Assembly: GCA_016930235.1 (NCBI GenBank)
Contig: JAFGHI010000047.1
Location: forward strand, 8,534-72,533
Reading direction: 5' to 3'
DNA length: 64,000 nucleotides
Origin: Candidatus Omnitrophota bacterium
Lineage (GTDB): Bacteria; Omnitrophota; Omnitrophia; Omnitrophales; Aquincolibacteriaceae
The notes beneath the pieces were generated by a model, which was not told where the DNA came from, did no database searches, and saw nothing but the letters and a program-made list of their open reading frames with translations. A program made the position numbers and the translations under genes. The stretch's first letter is position 1. Every line of letters begins with the position of its first letter. Positions 19,623-29,570 of the stretch are shown here, piece by piece.

Positions 19623-19687
19623 AGTAAAGTATCAGCTTGGATATTATTATCTAACGAGATTTCTTATTACGCCAGCATCTTGTGAAA

Positions 19688-20575
19688 TCATCTCCGCCGA
19701 TAACAAAAAAGGCACCACTTTCCCTTTCTTCTTTCTCGGAGAAACTGAATCTTCTTCGTCGGGAATCTTTCCCTAAATTCATTCTTATGATCAACCGCGA
19801 TCCCCGAACATATCAGATACCCCCCTGGTTTCACCCATTGGATAATCCGCATATGATTTTCAATGAGCGTCGTGGTAAACAAATTAGCTGCGACCAAATG
19901 AAAAGAACGCCCCGCAGAAAAAGTTTTAATCTCTGCACTTTTGAAAAAGCCCTGCTTTACATGATTCAGCAAAAGATTCCTTTTCGCTACATTCACCGAT
20001 GCCCCATCATGATCAATCCCCCAGATATCGCATGCCCCAAGTTTTGCCGCCGCTATTGAAAGAATGCCGGTCCCAACACCTAAATCTAACAAAGATTTGA
20101 ATCGCCCTCTCAATCCCTCCATTTCTTCTATCATCAACTGGGTCGTTTCATGTTCTCCTGAACCGAAAGCACTGCCGGGATCCAGATAAATAGGAATCCG
20201 AGTTCTGCATAAAACCTTCTTTTTTTCCCAAATCGGAATAATCCGGAACAGGGATCCAACCGATAAGGCATGATAGTCCTCTTGCCATTTATCTAGCCAA
20301 TCTTTTTTTCTTAAAAAGCGCACGCGAAAACAAATACCTTTCTGGCGCCTCGACAAAAAATCTTTTTTTAAACGGTTGAGAAAAGTATGGGATCGCAGAT
20401 AAATTCGAACTCTTTTTCTTCTGGATATATCAAGGTCAAAAACTAATTCTTCAGGTTCAATCGAGTGACAAGAAAAGAAGTGGTTAACAAAAGGCTGAAA
20501 ATCCTTATTCTCAGGCTTCTCTGAGGACAATGTAATTTCATAATAATCCCCTCGCTTAAGCTTCAAAACCTTCAT
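19688..20575 (-). CDS. prmA: Ribosomal protein L11 methyltransferase
   Basis: DW..KW, LDPGSAFGSGEHETT, LDLGVGTGILSIAA, VAAN, SGI. Confidence 0.9.
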   Translation of the reverse strand: MKVLKLKRGDYYEITLSSEKPENKDFQPFVNHFFSCHSIEPEELVFDLDISRRKRVRIYLRSHTFLNRLKKDFLSRRQKGICFRVRFLRKKDWLDKWQEDYHALSVGSLFRIIPIWEKKKVLCRTRIPIYLDPGSAFGSGEHETTQLMIEEMEGLRGRFKSLLDLGVGTGILSIAAAKLGACDIWGIDHDGASVNVAKRNLLLNHVKQGFFKSAEIKTFSAGRSFHLVAANLFTTTLIENHMRIIQWVKPGGYLICSGIAVDHKNEFRERFPTKKIQFLRERRKGKWCLFCYRRR

Positions 20576-20593
20576 TTGTGAATTCGCCTGAAA

Positions 20594-22006
20594 CTATTTC
20601 CTTTTGATTCTCTTAAGGTTAGATTTTGATATGGGTGGATTGAAAAAACTTACAGGTTGCCCTGTTGCATTCAAAACCGAAAACCATAAGAACCCGTCCG
20701 GATTAACCCGTTTTCGCCCTGTAGCAACCAATGACATGGGAAGATGAACATAAAACCCATTTCGTTTCCCAACAACCATTTGCGTTCTGCCGCTCATAGC
20801 CGCATGAACCGCATACTCAGCAAGCCTTAAACAAAATACGCTGTCCTGAGGTGAAGCCGGCACACTTCGGATAATGTAACTTGGGTCGATATATTTCACA
20901 TTAATATCCACCTTCTTTCCCTTGAAATAGGTGAGGATTTTCTCTCTCAAGAAAAGACCGACATCTTTTAAGCGAAGATTTCCTGAAGCATCTCGACCTA
21001 ATTCTTCTTCACCCATTAGATCTTGACCGGCGCCTTCAGCAACAACAATAACTGCATGTTTACGAGCAGCTAGCCTTCGGCGAAGAACCTCCAAGAAACC
21101 ATGCTCTCCATACAATTCAAAAGGAACTTCTGGTATCAAAACAAAATTAACGTCATTCATCGCCAAGGCCGCATAACAAGCAATGAACCCTGAATATCTC
21201 CCCATTAATTTAACTAACCCGACACCGTTGAAGACACCATGAGCCTCATTATGAGCGCTGATAATCGAACGGACAGCTTCTGAAAAAGCTGTTTCAAAAC
21301 CAAAACTTTGATCGATGTAAAGGATATCATCATCAATGGTTTTGGGAACTCCAATAATACTAATTTTCAGATTTCTTCTTTCAATTTCTTTGGTGATCTT
21401 TAGAGCGCCGCGAAGCGTTCCGTCTCCGCCGATGACAAAAAGGATTTGGATCTCATTTTGCACGAGGAAATCAACAATACGTTTGGGATCTTGTTCTCCT
21501 CGAGAGGATCCTAAGATGTTACCACCTTCACGATGAATATGTGCCACGTCCTGAGGCCTCAATTCCCGTATGGGATGCCCATACTCGGGGATAAACCCTT
21601 GATAACCGTACGGGACACCTAAGATTGTCCTAACACCATAGCGATAAAACATTGCCATGACAATCGCGCGGATAACATCATTGATCCCCGGACACAACCC
21701 CCCGCACGTTACGATAGCGCATTTTGTCTTAGAGGGATTAAAATATATTTGAGACCGAGGACCGGCAAGCTCAACGGCTAATGCTTTCTTGTTCTTTTGG
21801 CGATGATGTCCTTGATAAGATGTTGGATCGAATAAAACCTTTTCATGATCTCGCACAAACTTAGGGCTGACACCACCCCACTCCATAATAGAATAAAGAG
21901 GTGATTTCACCTGACACTTCCCCAATGTCGGGATTTCCAAATCTTCTGCCATCGTAATCACATCATCCATTACCGGTATATAGGATTCTTTCGATCGTTT
22001 TTTCAT
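20594..22006 (-). CDS. pfkA: ATP-dependent 6-phosphofructokinase (long, group X-like)
   Basis: AGPR, TCGGLCPG.N, GGDGT, PKTID, KLMGR.SGFIA, YIDPSY.IRS. Confidence 0.93.
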   Translation of the reverse strand: MKKRSKESYIPVMDDVITMAEDLEIPTLGKCQVKSPLYSIMEWGGVSPKFVRDHEKVLFDPTSYQGHHRQKNKKALAVELAGPRSQIYFNPSKTKCAIVTCGGLCPGINDVIRAIVMAMFYRYGVRTILGVPYGYQGFIPEYGHPIRELRPQDVAHIHREGGNILGSSRGEQDPKRIVDFLVQNEIQILFVIGGDGTLRGALKITKEIERRNLKISIIGVPKTIDDDILYIDQSFGFETAFSEAVRSIISAHNEAHGVFNGVGLVKLMGRYSGFIACYAALAMNDVNFVLIPEVPFELYGEHGFLEVLRRRLAARKHAVIVVAEGAGQDLMGEEELGRDASGNLRLKDVGLFLREKILTYFKGKKVDINVKYIDPSYIIRSVPASPQDSVFCLRLAEYAVHAAMSGRTQMVVGKRNGFYVHLPMSLVATGRKRVNPDGFLWFSVLNATGQPVSFFNPPISKSNLKRIKRK

Positions 22007-22020
22007 TCTATCTCCTATTT

Positions 22021-22965
22021 TTATATTCCCATTTCAAATTTTTCATGACATTCTGGACATTCCGTCATAAGCTCGATCACAGGTGCTCGACAATGAGGGC
22101 ACCTTCGATACCCTTTTTCAAGAGGGCGCCACTTCTCCTGCCAAGCTGAAATAATATCAAGCCCTACGAAAACAACAACAAACCCGGTCAAAAAGATTGG
22201 AATAATTTGAAATCTGGACCATCCCCAAGGCAATCCAAAAACTAAATCAAAAATCCATAAACCATATGCAAACCAAAACAAAATATAAATATTCCATAAA
22301 GACCTCGCGAAGGGCCTCCCAAAATCAACTCCTTGGAAAGCACCTATTGCAAGGGTGCCCCCGCCAAGCAATAAGACGAGAATAAATAAGATATTCATGA
22401 AACGATCTTCAGGGGCTGGATTAACGACATAACTAACGAAATCTCGGAAAGGTGTTTTTGTCTTAATCTCAAGCTCTTTACCCGCAAAAGAAACACCCCG
22501 CTTTTTTAGCATCTGGTAAATTATTTTTCGAAGTTCATGGAACTCACCCCATTTAAGAAAAAGTGCCTCAAAATTTGTTAAAACGCGACTCTGAGTCAAA
22601 AATTCCTCGTAAAGCTCATTGGCTTTTTCTGTCTCGCCTGTATGATCCATTACAATCGCTTCCAAAAGGACAGCAATCGCATTATCAGCATAATCCTCTT
22701 TGGCTTGCTTAAGTAAAGCGATAGTTCCTCTTGGATTTTTTTGATATATCATCATTTCAATTGCGCTTGACGTTTTTTCCAGCGAATCGTTCAAATGGTG
22801 AAGTTTAAAAGGCCTTTTGGAAGCTGTTTGAAGAATACGCGCCGAAACCTGCTTGAGAATTACTCCTAATTGCGGGTCAGCGTTTTTTGATTGCTCCAAA
22901 GAAAAATCAATATTACCAACTGCAAGGGGGAAAAGTGAGAGAAGGATTAAGATCGATTTCATCAT
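22021..22965 (-). CDS. Hypothetical membrane protein: N-terminal signal, helical/TPR-like domain, ~3 TM, C-terminal CxxC-x10-CxxC zinc ribbon
   Basis: Long ORF with GGGGAG RBS; CPHC..CPEC at the C-terminus. Confidence 0.8.
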   Translation of the reverse strand: MMKSILILLSLFPLAVGNIDFSLEQSKNADPQLGVILKQVSARILQTASKRPFKLHHLNDSLEKTSSAIEMMIYQKNPRGTIALLKQAKEDYADNAIAVLLEAIVMDHTGETEKANELYEEFLTQSRVLTNFEALFLKWGEFHELRKIIYQMLKKRGVSFAGKELEIKTKTPFRDFVSYVVNPAPEDRFMNILFILVLLLGGGTLAIGAFQGVDFGRPFARSLWNIYILFWFAYGLWIFDLVFGLPWGWSRFQIIPIFLTGFVVVFVGLDIISAWQEKWRPLEKGYRRCPHCRAPVIELMTECPECHEKFEMGI

Positions 22966-23343
22966 AAAATATATTTCTCCCCTTTTTTAGACTAAATCTT
23001 TTTGACTATACAATCAAAAATAGAATTGCCAATCCCATTAGAATTCCGCATCGCTTAGTTATTTTACTCCAAGACTCCATTCTTTGCTCCTGCAAAATCC
23101 CTGGGGCAAATAAATATTCATTCTCTCGGTTTTCTAATCACTAAACAGCCATTCTCTTTGAAGGGAGATTTTAATCAGTCGTAACCTATTGCACAGAAAC
23201 GTGTTAACCCTCTTATTGCCAGCCGAATATTAGTTCTTTACGAATATGATATTTTCTTAACATCTGATGAAGTCAAAACTATCGAGGAGTTGCTTGAATA
23301 TCTCAGGAAAAAATATTTCATATGAAGCACGCCCAGTTCTAAA

Positions 23344-24222
23344 TCATGACGGAGACATCTTGTATTTTCGGAGTTCGTCGGCGAGCATCATAAAATCTTT
23401 CAGCAAGAGTTCTTCCCCACGGGCAGCGGGAGCGAACCCCAGCTTCTTCAATATGTCCTCTAATGTTAATCTATCGACCTTAATATCTGAAGCTCGTGTC
23501 AATATATGAATCAACGTCTTTCGACGTTGCTGAAAAGAAATTTGAATAAGCCGGAATAGGAATTTCTCGTCGGGATAAATGAGCAAATCATTTTCTTGAT
23601 GAAATTTCCAAAAGGTAACCGTAGAACCCACTTCTGGGCGAGGGGTAAAACAGGATGGGGCCACATGAAAAGCACGGCTGACTTCTGCTTTATATCGCAC
23701 AGCCAAAGTCAGCCTCCCGTAATTTTTGTCTCCGGGAGGCGCCATCAGTCTCTCAGCAACTTCCCTTTGCATCATCAATACTGCGGAACTTAAAAGGAAG
23801 GAAGATTCAAGCAATTTCAACAAAATAGGTGCCGTAATGTAATAAGGCAAATTACTGAGAACTTTAACTCTACTCATGCGTCTTTTATCTTCTTGAAATT
23901 TTAGGATTTCCGGAAAATCAACTCGAAGGACATCGTTATAAATAATCTCAAGTCTTCCAGAAAGATAATCCCGATATTCCTCTCGAAGCACTTCTGTAAA
24001 TCGCTCATTTTTCTCGATGCATAATACTCTTGCGCCCTTTTCAAGGACGAGCCCGGTTAAAGCCCCAAGCCCAGGGCCAATCTCAAGAATTGTCTCGCCG
24101 GGTTGAGGATCCAGAAGATTAACAATTTTTTTTTGGATATTATGATCAATCAGGAGATGTTGCCCCGAATGTCCTCGAATGGTAAGCTGATATTTTTTTA
24201 TGAGTTCGATCTGAGAAGGCAT
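23344..24222 (-). CDS. rsmA: 16S rRNA adenine dimethyltransferase
   Basis: GQHLL.D, EIGPGLGALT, SNLPYYIT, MQREVAER, P.P.V.S. Confidence 0.96.
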   Translation of the reverse strand: MPSQIELIKKYQLTIRGHSGQHLLIDHNIQKKIVNLLDPQPGETILEIGPGLGALTGLVLEKGARVLCIEKNERFTEVLREEYRDYLSGRLEIIYNDVLRVDFPEILKFQEDKRRMSRVKVLSNLPYYITAPILLKLLESSFLLSSAVLMMQREVAERLMAPPGDKNYGRLTLAVRYKAEVSRAFHVAPSCFTPRPEVGSTVTFWKFHQENDLLIYPDEKFLFRLIQISFQQRRKTLIHILTRASDIKVDRLTLEDILKKLGFAPAARGEELLLKDFMMLADELRKYKMSPS

Positions 24223-24238
24223 GAAAGACCAGCCTGAA

Positions 24239-25294
24239 TTAGTTTCTTATCTGAGGAAATAAAAGCTTTCTGGTTAAATCAAGCGCTGCTGTCATGGACG
24301 AAGAATCAGCCTTTCCTTGATAAGCGATATCAAAGGCCGTTCCGTGATCCGGCGATGTACGAACAAAAGGCAAGCCGACCGTTGTGTTAACGCCATTACG
24401 GAAAGCAATCATTTTGAAAGGCCCCAAGCCTTGGTCATGATACATACTCACCAAAACATCATACCGCCCTTCATAGGCTTCATAAAAGAGCTGATCAGCC
24501 GCAAGAGGACCTGTCACATTAATTTTTTCCTTCTTAGCTTTTTGGACAGCAGATTCAATCAAATCTTCTTCCTGGCCCCCTGTTTCTTTCCCATGGGGAT
24601 TAAGAGCGCAAACTGCGAGTCTCGGTTCCGCAATATTAAAATAGGTTCTCAAAAAATAATTCGTTAACCGAATCTTTTCAAGGACCAACTTCTCGGAAAT
24701 AAGCTCGCTAACTTTTTTTAAAGGAACATGGATCGTTACTAACGTTACCTTCAAACGGTCACTGACAAACATCATCGCATATTTGTTAATATTAGCGACC
24801 TTTGCCAAAAACTCGGTGTGACCTGTAAACGTTGAATCCAGAAGTTTGATTGCAGCTTTATTAACCGGCGCTGTTACCAAAGCTTCGACAGCCCCCTTTG
24901 ACGCAAGTCGAGCTGCTATTTCCAAGGAGGCAAGAGCGATGGCAGCATTAATAAGGGATACCTTCCCAATATCAAAAACCATTTCTGCTTCTGCCTTACC
25001 AGAGACAAGCCCTTCAATCTCTTTCCTGCTTTGCAGTAGTTCGCGCGCGTTACTTGAAATATCAAGGAAATTAATAGCATCCTTGCGAAGTTGCTCACTG
25101 TCAAGTGACGAAACAAAATGACAAGGAAACCTTAAACCAAGTTTTTTGTCCAAGATCTCAAACGCACTTCTCACACCGATCATGACATAGTGACACTCTT
25201 CAGACTTTTTGAAGTACTGTAAGGATTTCGCAATAACCTCCGGCCCGATTCCCCCAGGGTCACCCATCGTTATCGCAATGATTGGCTTACGCAT
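24239..25294 (-). CDS. pdxA: 4-hydroxythreonine-4-phosphate dehydrogenase
   Basis: TMGDP.GIGPE, FTGHTE, LNPH, MYHDQG, RTSPDHGTAFDIA. Confidence 0.96.
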   Translation of the reverse strand: MRKPIIAITMGDPGGIGPEVIAKSLQYFKKSEECHYVMIGVRSAFEILDKKLGLRFPCHFVSSLDSEQLRKDAINFLDISSNARELLQSRKEIEGLVSGKAEAEMVFDIGKVSLINAAIALASLEIAARLASKGAVEALVTAPVNKAAIKLLDSTFTGHTEFLAKVANINKYAMMFVSDRLKVTLVTIHVPLKKVSELISEKLVLEKIRLTNYFLRTYFNIAEPRLAVCALNPHGKETGGQEEDLIESAVQKAKKEKINVTGPLAADQLFYEAYEGRYDVLVSMYHDQGLGPFKMIAFRNGVNTTVGLPFVRTSPDHGTAFDIAYQGKADSSSMTAALDLTRKLLFPQIRN

Positions 25295-25326
25295 AAGGTC
25301 CTTATATCTAAATTAATTCCGACTGT

Positions 25327-26292
25327 TTATCGAATAGAGATATACGCATCTTTCTTTAATTCGGTCATCCATTCTGTAAAACGTTCATCATATTTCTCTT
25401 GATATAACTTCGAAAATATTTCATCCCGCACGTCATCGAGTTCACGTTTCATTCCCTCTTTGCGGTCCTCAACACGAAAAAGATGATACCCCATAGGAGT
25501 TTCGATCACTTGTGATATGTTGCTGGGTTCAAGACTAAAAATGACCTCATCAATGACAGGGATCATATCCCCATGCCCAACCCACCCTCCAACACCACCA
25601 TCCTTTGCAAGGGTATCTTCCGAATATAGTTTAGCTAACTCTCCAAAATTTTCTCCTGATAATATTTTATTTCTTAAGCTCTCAATCTTTTCTTTCGCGT
25701 TTTCATCCGCCATTCCTTTAACTCTTGCCTCAGCGCCCTTCTTAATTGTAATAGAGCGCACCTTTAATTGTTCCTCCTCGGAATATTCAGAAGGATGTGA
25801 ATGATAATAATCTTCAATGTCTTTGGGGGAAACCACTATCTTGGCACGAATTTCAATGTTTTGAAGATGGCGTATCATTAGCTGACGGCGCAAACGATCA
25901 CGCATTTCATTAAGAGTTAACCCTTCTCTCTTCAAAGCCTGCTCCAATTCCATTTCCGTAGGAAAACGTTTTTTAAACTCCTCGATCTGACTATCAATTT
26001 CATTCTCATCAACTTGGATGGCACGCTTCAGCGCTTCTTGATAAACAAGACGATCTTCGATCAGCTGATAAAGCAATCGAACCCGCGCCTCATTAAGTTT
26101 CTCAATAAGTTCCTGGTTGTGATACTGCTCTTTATACTCGTCATACAGGGGTCTGAGAAGCACGTCGAGTTCGCTCTGTGTAATAATCTCATCATTCACA
26201 ACAGCCACTACCCGATCCAATAGTTGAGTTTCCGAAAGAACATTGGGTGTTAAGACTATAAATAGAGCTATTATGAGGACTATAGTTTTCAT
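25327..26292 (-). CDS. surA: SurA-like parvulin peptidyl-prolyl isomerase
   Basis: Signal peptide, DRVVAVVNDEIIT.SE, FGELAK.YSED..GG..GW, ETPMGYH; surA-pdxA-rsmA synteny. Confidence 0.88.
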   Translation of the reverse strand: MKTIVLIIALFIVLTPNVLSETQLLDRVVAVVNDEIITQSELDVLLRPLYDEYKEQYHNQELIEKLNEARVRLLYQLIEDRLVYQEALKRAIQVDENEIDSQIEEFKKRFPTEMELEQALKREGLTLNEMRDRLRRQLMIRHLQNIEIRAKIVVSPKDIEDYYHSHPSEYSEEEQLKVRSITIKKGAEARVKGMADENAKEKIESLRNKILSGENFGELAKLYSEDTLAKDGGVGGWVGHGDMIPVIDEVIFSLEPSNISQVIETPMGYHLFRVEDRKEGMKRELDDVRDEIFSKLYQEKYDERFTEWMTELKKDAYISIR

Positions 26293-26357
26293 GGAAGTTA
26301 TTCTTATAACACAACTTACGATCAATTTCAAGGAAGATCTGAAATACCTATTTATGC

Positions 26358-28271
26358 CTACCGAACTGGCTTTTTTTCTTTGTTTTTTTCGTTTTCAATC
26401 GCCTTTCTCAGCATCTTACAATAGAGATCAAAACCGACGGCATGAATAAACCCGCTTTGTTGATGTCCTAGCAAATTACCAGCTCCTCGAATCTCCAAGT
26501 CTTCTAGAGCGATTTTAAACCCAGAACCCAATTCCGTAAAGCGCTGAATAGCTGATAAACGTTTTTCAGCTTCTCCTGTCATCACCCAATTTTTTGGTAC
26601 CATAAAATAGGCGTAAGCTTGTCGCTTTTCTTGAAAGCGTCCAACCCGTCCCCGTAACTGATAGAGATCGGCAAGACCGAACAAATCGGCCCGATTAATC
26701 ATGATTGTGTTCACATTGGGAATATCAATCCCTGATTCAATAATATTCGTTGCGATCAAGCAATCGATTCGTTCCACGAGAAATTGCCCCATGACGTTCT
26801 CTAATGCATCGGCTGACATCTGCCCATGTGCAACCCCAAAACGAACATGCGGCATAATTTTCTTGAGATGCCGGTGCACTTTATCGATAGACTGCACTCG
26901 ATTATGCACAAAGTAAATCTGCCCACCACGGGACAATTCGACTTGAAAGGCCTCACGAATCTTTTCATCATCATATTCGAGAACGTAAGTTTCTATGGGT
27001 AAGCGGTTTTCCGGCGCGGTTTCAATCGTTGACATATCGCGAACACCGACAAGAGACATATAAAGTGTGCGAGGGATTGGAGTCGCTGTTAAAGTCATAA
27101 TATCCAACGCAGAACGCATTGTCTTCAATTTCTCTTTATGTTTGACACCAAAACGTTGCTCCTCATCAATGATCAGTAGCCCAAGATTCCGGAATCGAAC
27201 GTCACGAGACAAAAGTCGATGAGTCCCGACAACAATATCCGTTTTCCCCTCTTCCATTGATTTGAGTATTCTCTTTTGTTCTTTACGGGCGCGAAAACGT
27301 GAAAGAACTTCAACCGTTACGGGATAATTTTTCATGCGGTTTTTCATTACAACATAATGCTGTTCCGCGAGCACTGTCGTAGGGACAAGAATTGCCACTT
27401 GTCGTCCTCCTGTAATAGCTTTAAAAGCCGCACGGAGAGCAACCTCTGTTTTTCCATAGCCGACATCTCCGGCAAGAAGACGATCCATGGGAGATTCTTT
27501 TTCCATATCCCGCTTAACTTCTGCGATCGCTTTTAATTGATCGGGCGTTTCCTTGAAAGGAAACTCAGCTTCAAACTCCTTCTGCCACTCGTGATCCTTG
27601 GGGAAAGCAAACCCTTTTCCAACTGTCCTAAGAGCTTGAACCTTTAAAAGGTCTTCGGCAACGCTTGAAACGGCCTTTCTTGTTCTTATTTTTGCCCGCT
27701 CCCACTCCTTGCTATGCAACTTGGTTAGCCTAGGAGGCCTCCCCTCACCTCCGATATACCGTTCAAGGAGTTCCCCCATTTCCAAATACAAAATTTCTCG
27801 ATTTGCATATTCAATAGCTAGATGCCTTCTCTTCTGTCCGTCTACCTGGATCCTTTTAGTTCCCAAGAATCTACCGATCCCGTATTTCAGATGGACGACA
27901 TAATCGCCAGCTTGAAGATGTTTCGTTTCTTCAATCGGCTCTAATTGCTCATACTCTTTGCCTAATTTTTTAAGTTTTTTCTCGAATGTTTTATTGACTG
28001 GGATGACAAAAAATTCGTCGAATTGAATTAAGGACTTACCATCCAAAGGCGAGAAATCATGGATTGAGGTAATGGTTTCAGCTTCATACTCAACCCTAAC
28101 GGGCATACGATAAGTCAATGGATAGATATCAAAAATACCCCCGCGGATGGCATATTCCCCCGGGCGAGTGACAAAACTCTTCTTCTCATAGCCATTATCC
28201 TGAAGGATTGCTTCAAGCTCTATCCGCGGGATATCCTGTCCGACGACGACGCGATGAAATGTTCCCTTCAT
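26358..28271 (-). CDS. mfd: Transcription-repair coupling factor Mfd, shortened (637 aa)
   Basis: RGGIFDIYP (UvrA-binding D2), GDYVVH..YGIG (RID), ET.DQ, GDVGYGKT, DEEQRFGV, QLRGRVGR, DLEIRGAGNLLG..QSG. Confidence 0.93.
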   Translation of the reverse strand: MKGTFHRVVVGQDIPRIELEAILQDNGYEKKSFVTRPGEYAIRGGIFDIYPLTYRMPVRVEYEAETITSIHDFSPLDGKSLIQFDEFFVIPVNKTFEKKLKKLGKEYEQLEPIEETKHLQAGDYVVHLKYGIGRFLGTKRIQVDGQKRRHLAIEYANREILYLEMGELLERYIGGEGRPPRLTKLHSKEWERAKIRTRKAVSSVAEDLLKVQALRTVGKGFAFPKDHEWQKEFEAEFPFKETPDQLKAIAEVKRDMEKESPMDRLLAGDVGYGKTEVALRAAFKAITGGRQVAILVPTTVLAEQHYVVMKNRMKNYPVTVEVLSRFRARKEQKRILKSMEEGKTDIVVGTHRLLSRDVRFRNLGLLIIDEEQRFGVKHKEKLKTMRSALDIMTLTATPIPRTLYMSLVGVRDMSTIETAPENRLPIETYVLEYDDEKIREAFQVELSRGGQIYFVHNRVQSIDKVHRHLKKIMPHVRFGVAHGQMSADALENVMGQFLVERIDCLIATNIIESGIDIPNVNTIMINRADLFGLADLYQLRGRVGRFQEKRQAYAYFMVPKNWVMTGEAEKRLSAIQRFTELGSGFKIALEDLEIRGAGNLLGHQQSGFIHAVGFDLYCKMLRKAIENEKNKEKKPVR

Positions 28272-28385
28272 AACTCACCCTTTTCCTAGGCATGATCAAA
28301 GAGTTATTATAATCATTGAAAAGCATTAGGGAGAGAAATTTAATGCGGCAAGAAAACTAAAGGGAAAATAAGAAAATAGGAAGGT

Positions 28386-29570
28386 TTACTGTTTTTCGAC
28401 CCAGTCTTTAATCCGACGAGCCGCTTCCTCTAGATTCTTTTCTGTCGAAGCAAAGCTCATTCTGACATAATTGTCGCTTCCAAACGGTTGTCCTGGAACA
28501 ACAGCCACATGAGCTTCTTCAATCCACTTCTCGGCTAGCTGAATGGACCCCAAACCAAGCCCGCCAACATTAACAAAGAGATAGAAGGAGCCCTGGGATT
28601 TAAACGGTTTGAGTTTTGGAATAGCCGCGATCTTCTCGTAAAAGAAATCGCGTCTCTTCTGAAATAACTGGCATGCCTTTCTGGCATCCTCTTCGCCCTT
28701 CTCAAGTGCCACAATGCCTCCCGGTTGGGCAAAAGAAGTGGGATTTGATGTCGAATGACTTTGGAGGCTCGAAACAGCTTTCGCCCACTCTTTATTCGGA
28801 TAAGCCGCATAACCAAGCCGCCAACCCGTCATCGAATAGGTTTTACTCATTCCGTTGACGACAATTGTCCTTTGAGCAATATCCGGATCCAAAGATGCAA
28901 TCGAGTAATGCTCACGACCATCGAAAATAATCTTCTCGTATATTTCATCACTAATGATAACAACATGCGGATGTTTCTTTAAAACATCGATCAGCTTTAG
29001 AAATTCATCCCGGCTGTAAACAGCTCCCGTCGGATTGGAGGGCGAATTGAGAATTAACGCTTTTGTCTTCGAGGTAATCCCTTCGGACAAAACCTTAGGA
29101 GTTAATTTAAAATCATTTTTTTCGTCTGTTTCTAAAATGACATTCTCGCCGCCCAATAAACTCACCATATCCGGATAGCTCAACCAATAAGGTGCTGGAA
29201 TGAGAATCTCATCGCCTGGATCTATCAGTGCAAACAAAGCGTTAAAGATGGAATGTTTTGCCCCGTTGGAAACGATGATTTGTTCGGGAGGGATCGAAAT
29301 TTTTTGGTCTCTTTCGAGTTTTTTAGCAATCGCTTTCCGAAGCTCTGGTGTCCCGGTTGCAGGAGTATATTTTGTTACACCTTTCTCGAGAGCCGCAATA
29401 GCTGCCTGCTTGGCATAGGCAGGTGTGTCAAAATCGGGTTCCCCGGCGCTCAAAGAAACGATATCTATCCCTTGAGCCTTCATTTCCTTGGCTTTTGCCG
29501 TAATCGCTAACGTTAAAGATGGCGCAACCGACAAAACCCTTTTGGAGAGAAAATCTTTAGCGTTGGTCAT
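28386..29570 (-). CDS. PLP-dependent class I aminotransferase (AspC-like)
   Basis: GEPDFDTP, NSPSNPTG, DEIY, SKTYSMTGWRLGY; start ATG 29570 overlaps the rplQ end. Confidence 0.95.
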   Translation of the reverse strand: MTNAKDFLSKRVLSVAPSLTLAITAKAKEMKAQGIDIVSLSAGEPDFDTPAYAKQAAIAALEKGVTKYTPATGTPELRKAIAKKLERDQKISIPPEQIIVSNGAKHSIFNALFALIDPGDEILIPAPYWLSYPDMVSLLGGENVILETDEKNDFKLTPKVLSEGITSKTKALILNSPSNPTGAVYSRDEFLKLIDVLKKHPHVVIISDEIYEKIIFDGREHYSIASLDPDIAQRTIVVNGMSKTYSMTGWRLGYAAYPNKEWAKAVSSLQSHSTSNPTSFAQPGGIVALEKGEEDARKACQLFQKRRDFFYEKIAAIPKLKPFKSQGSFYLFVNVGGLGLGSIQLAEKWIEEAHVAVVPGQPFGSDNYVRMSFASTEKNLEEAARRIKDWVEKQ

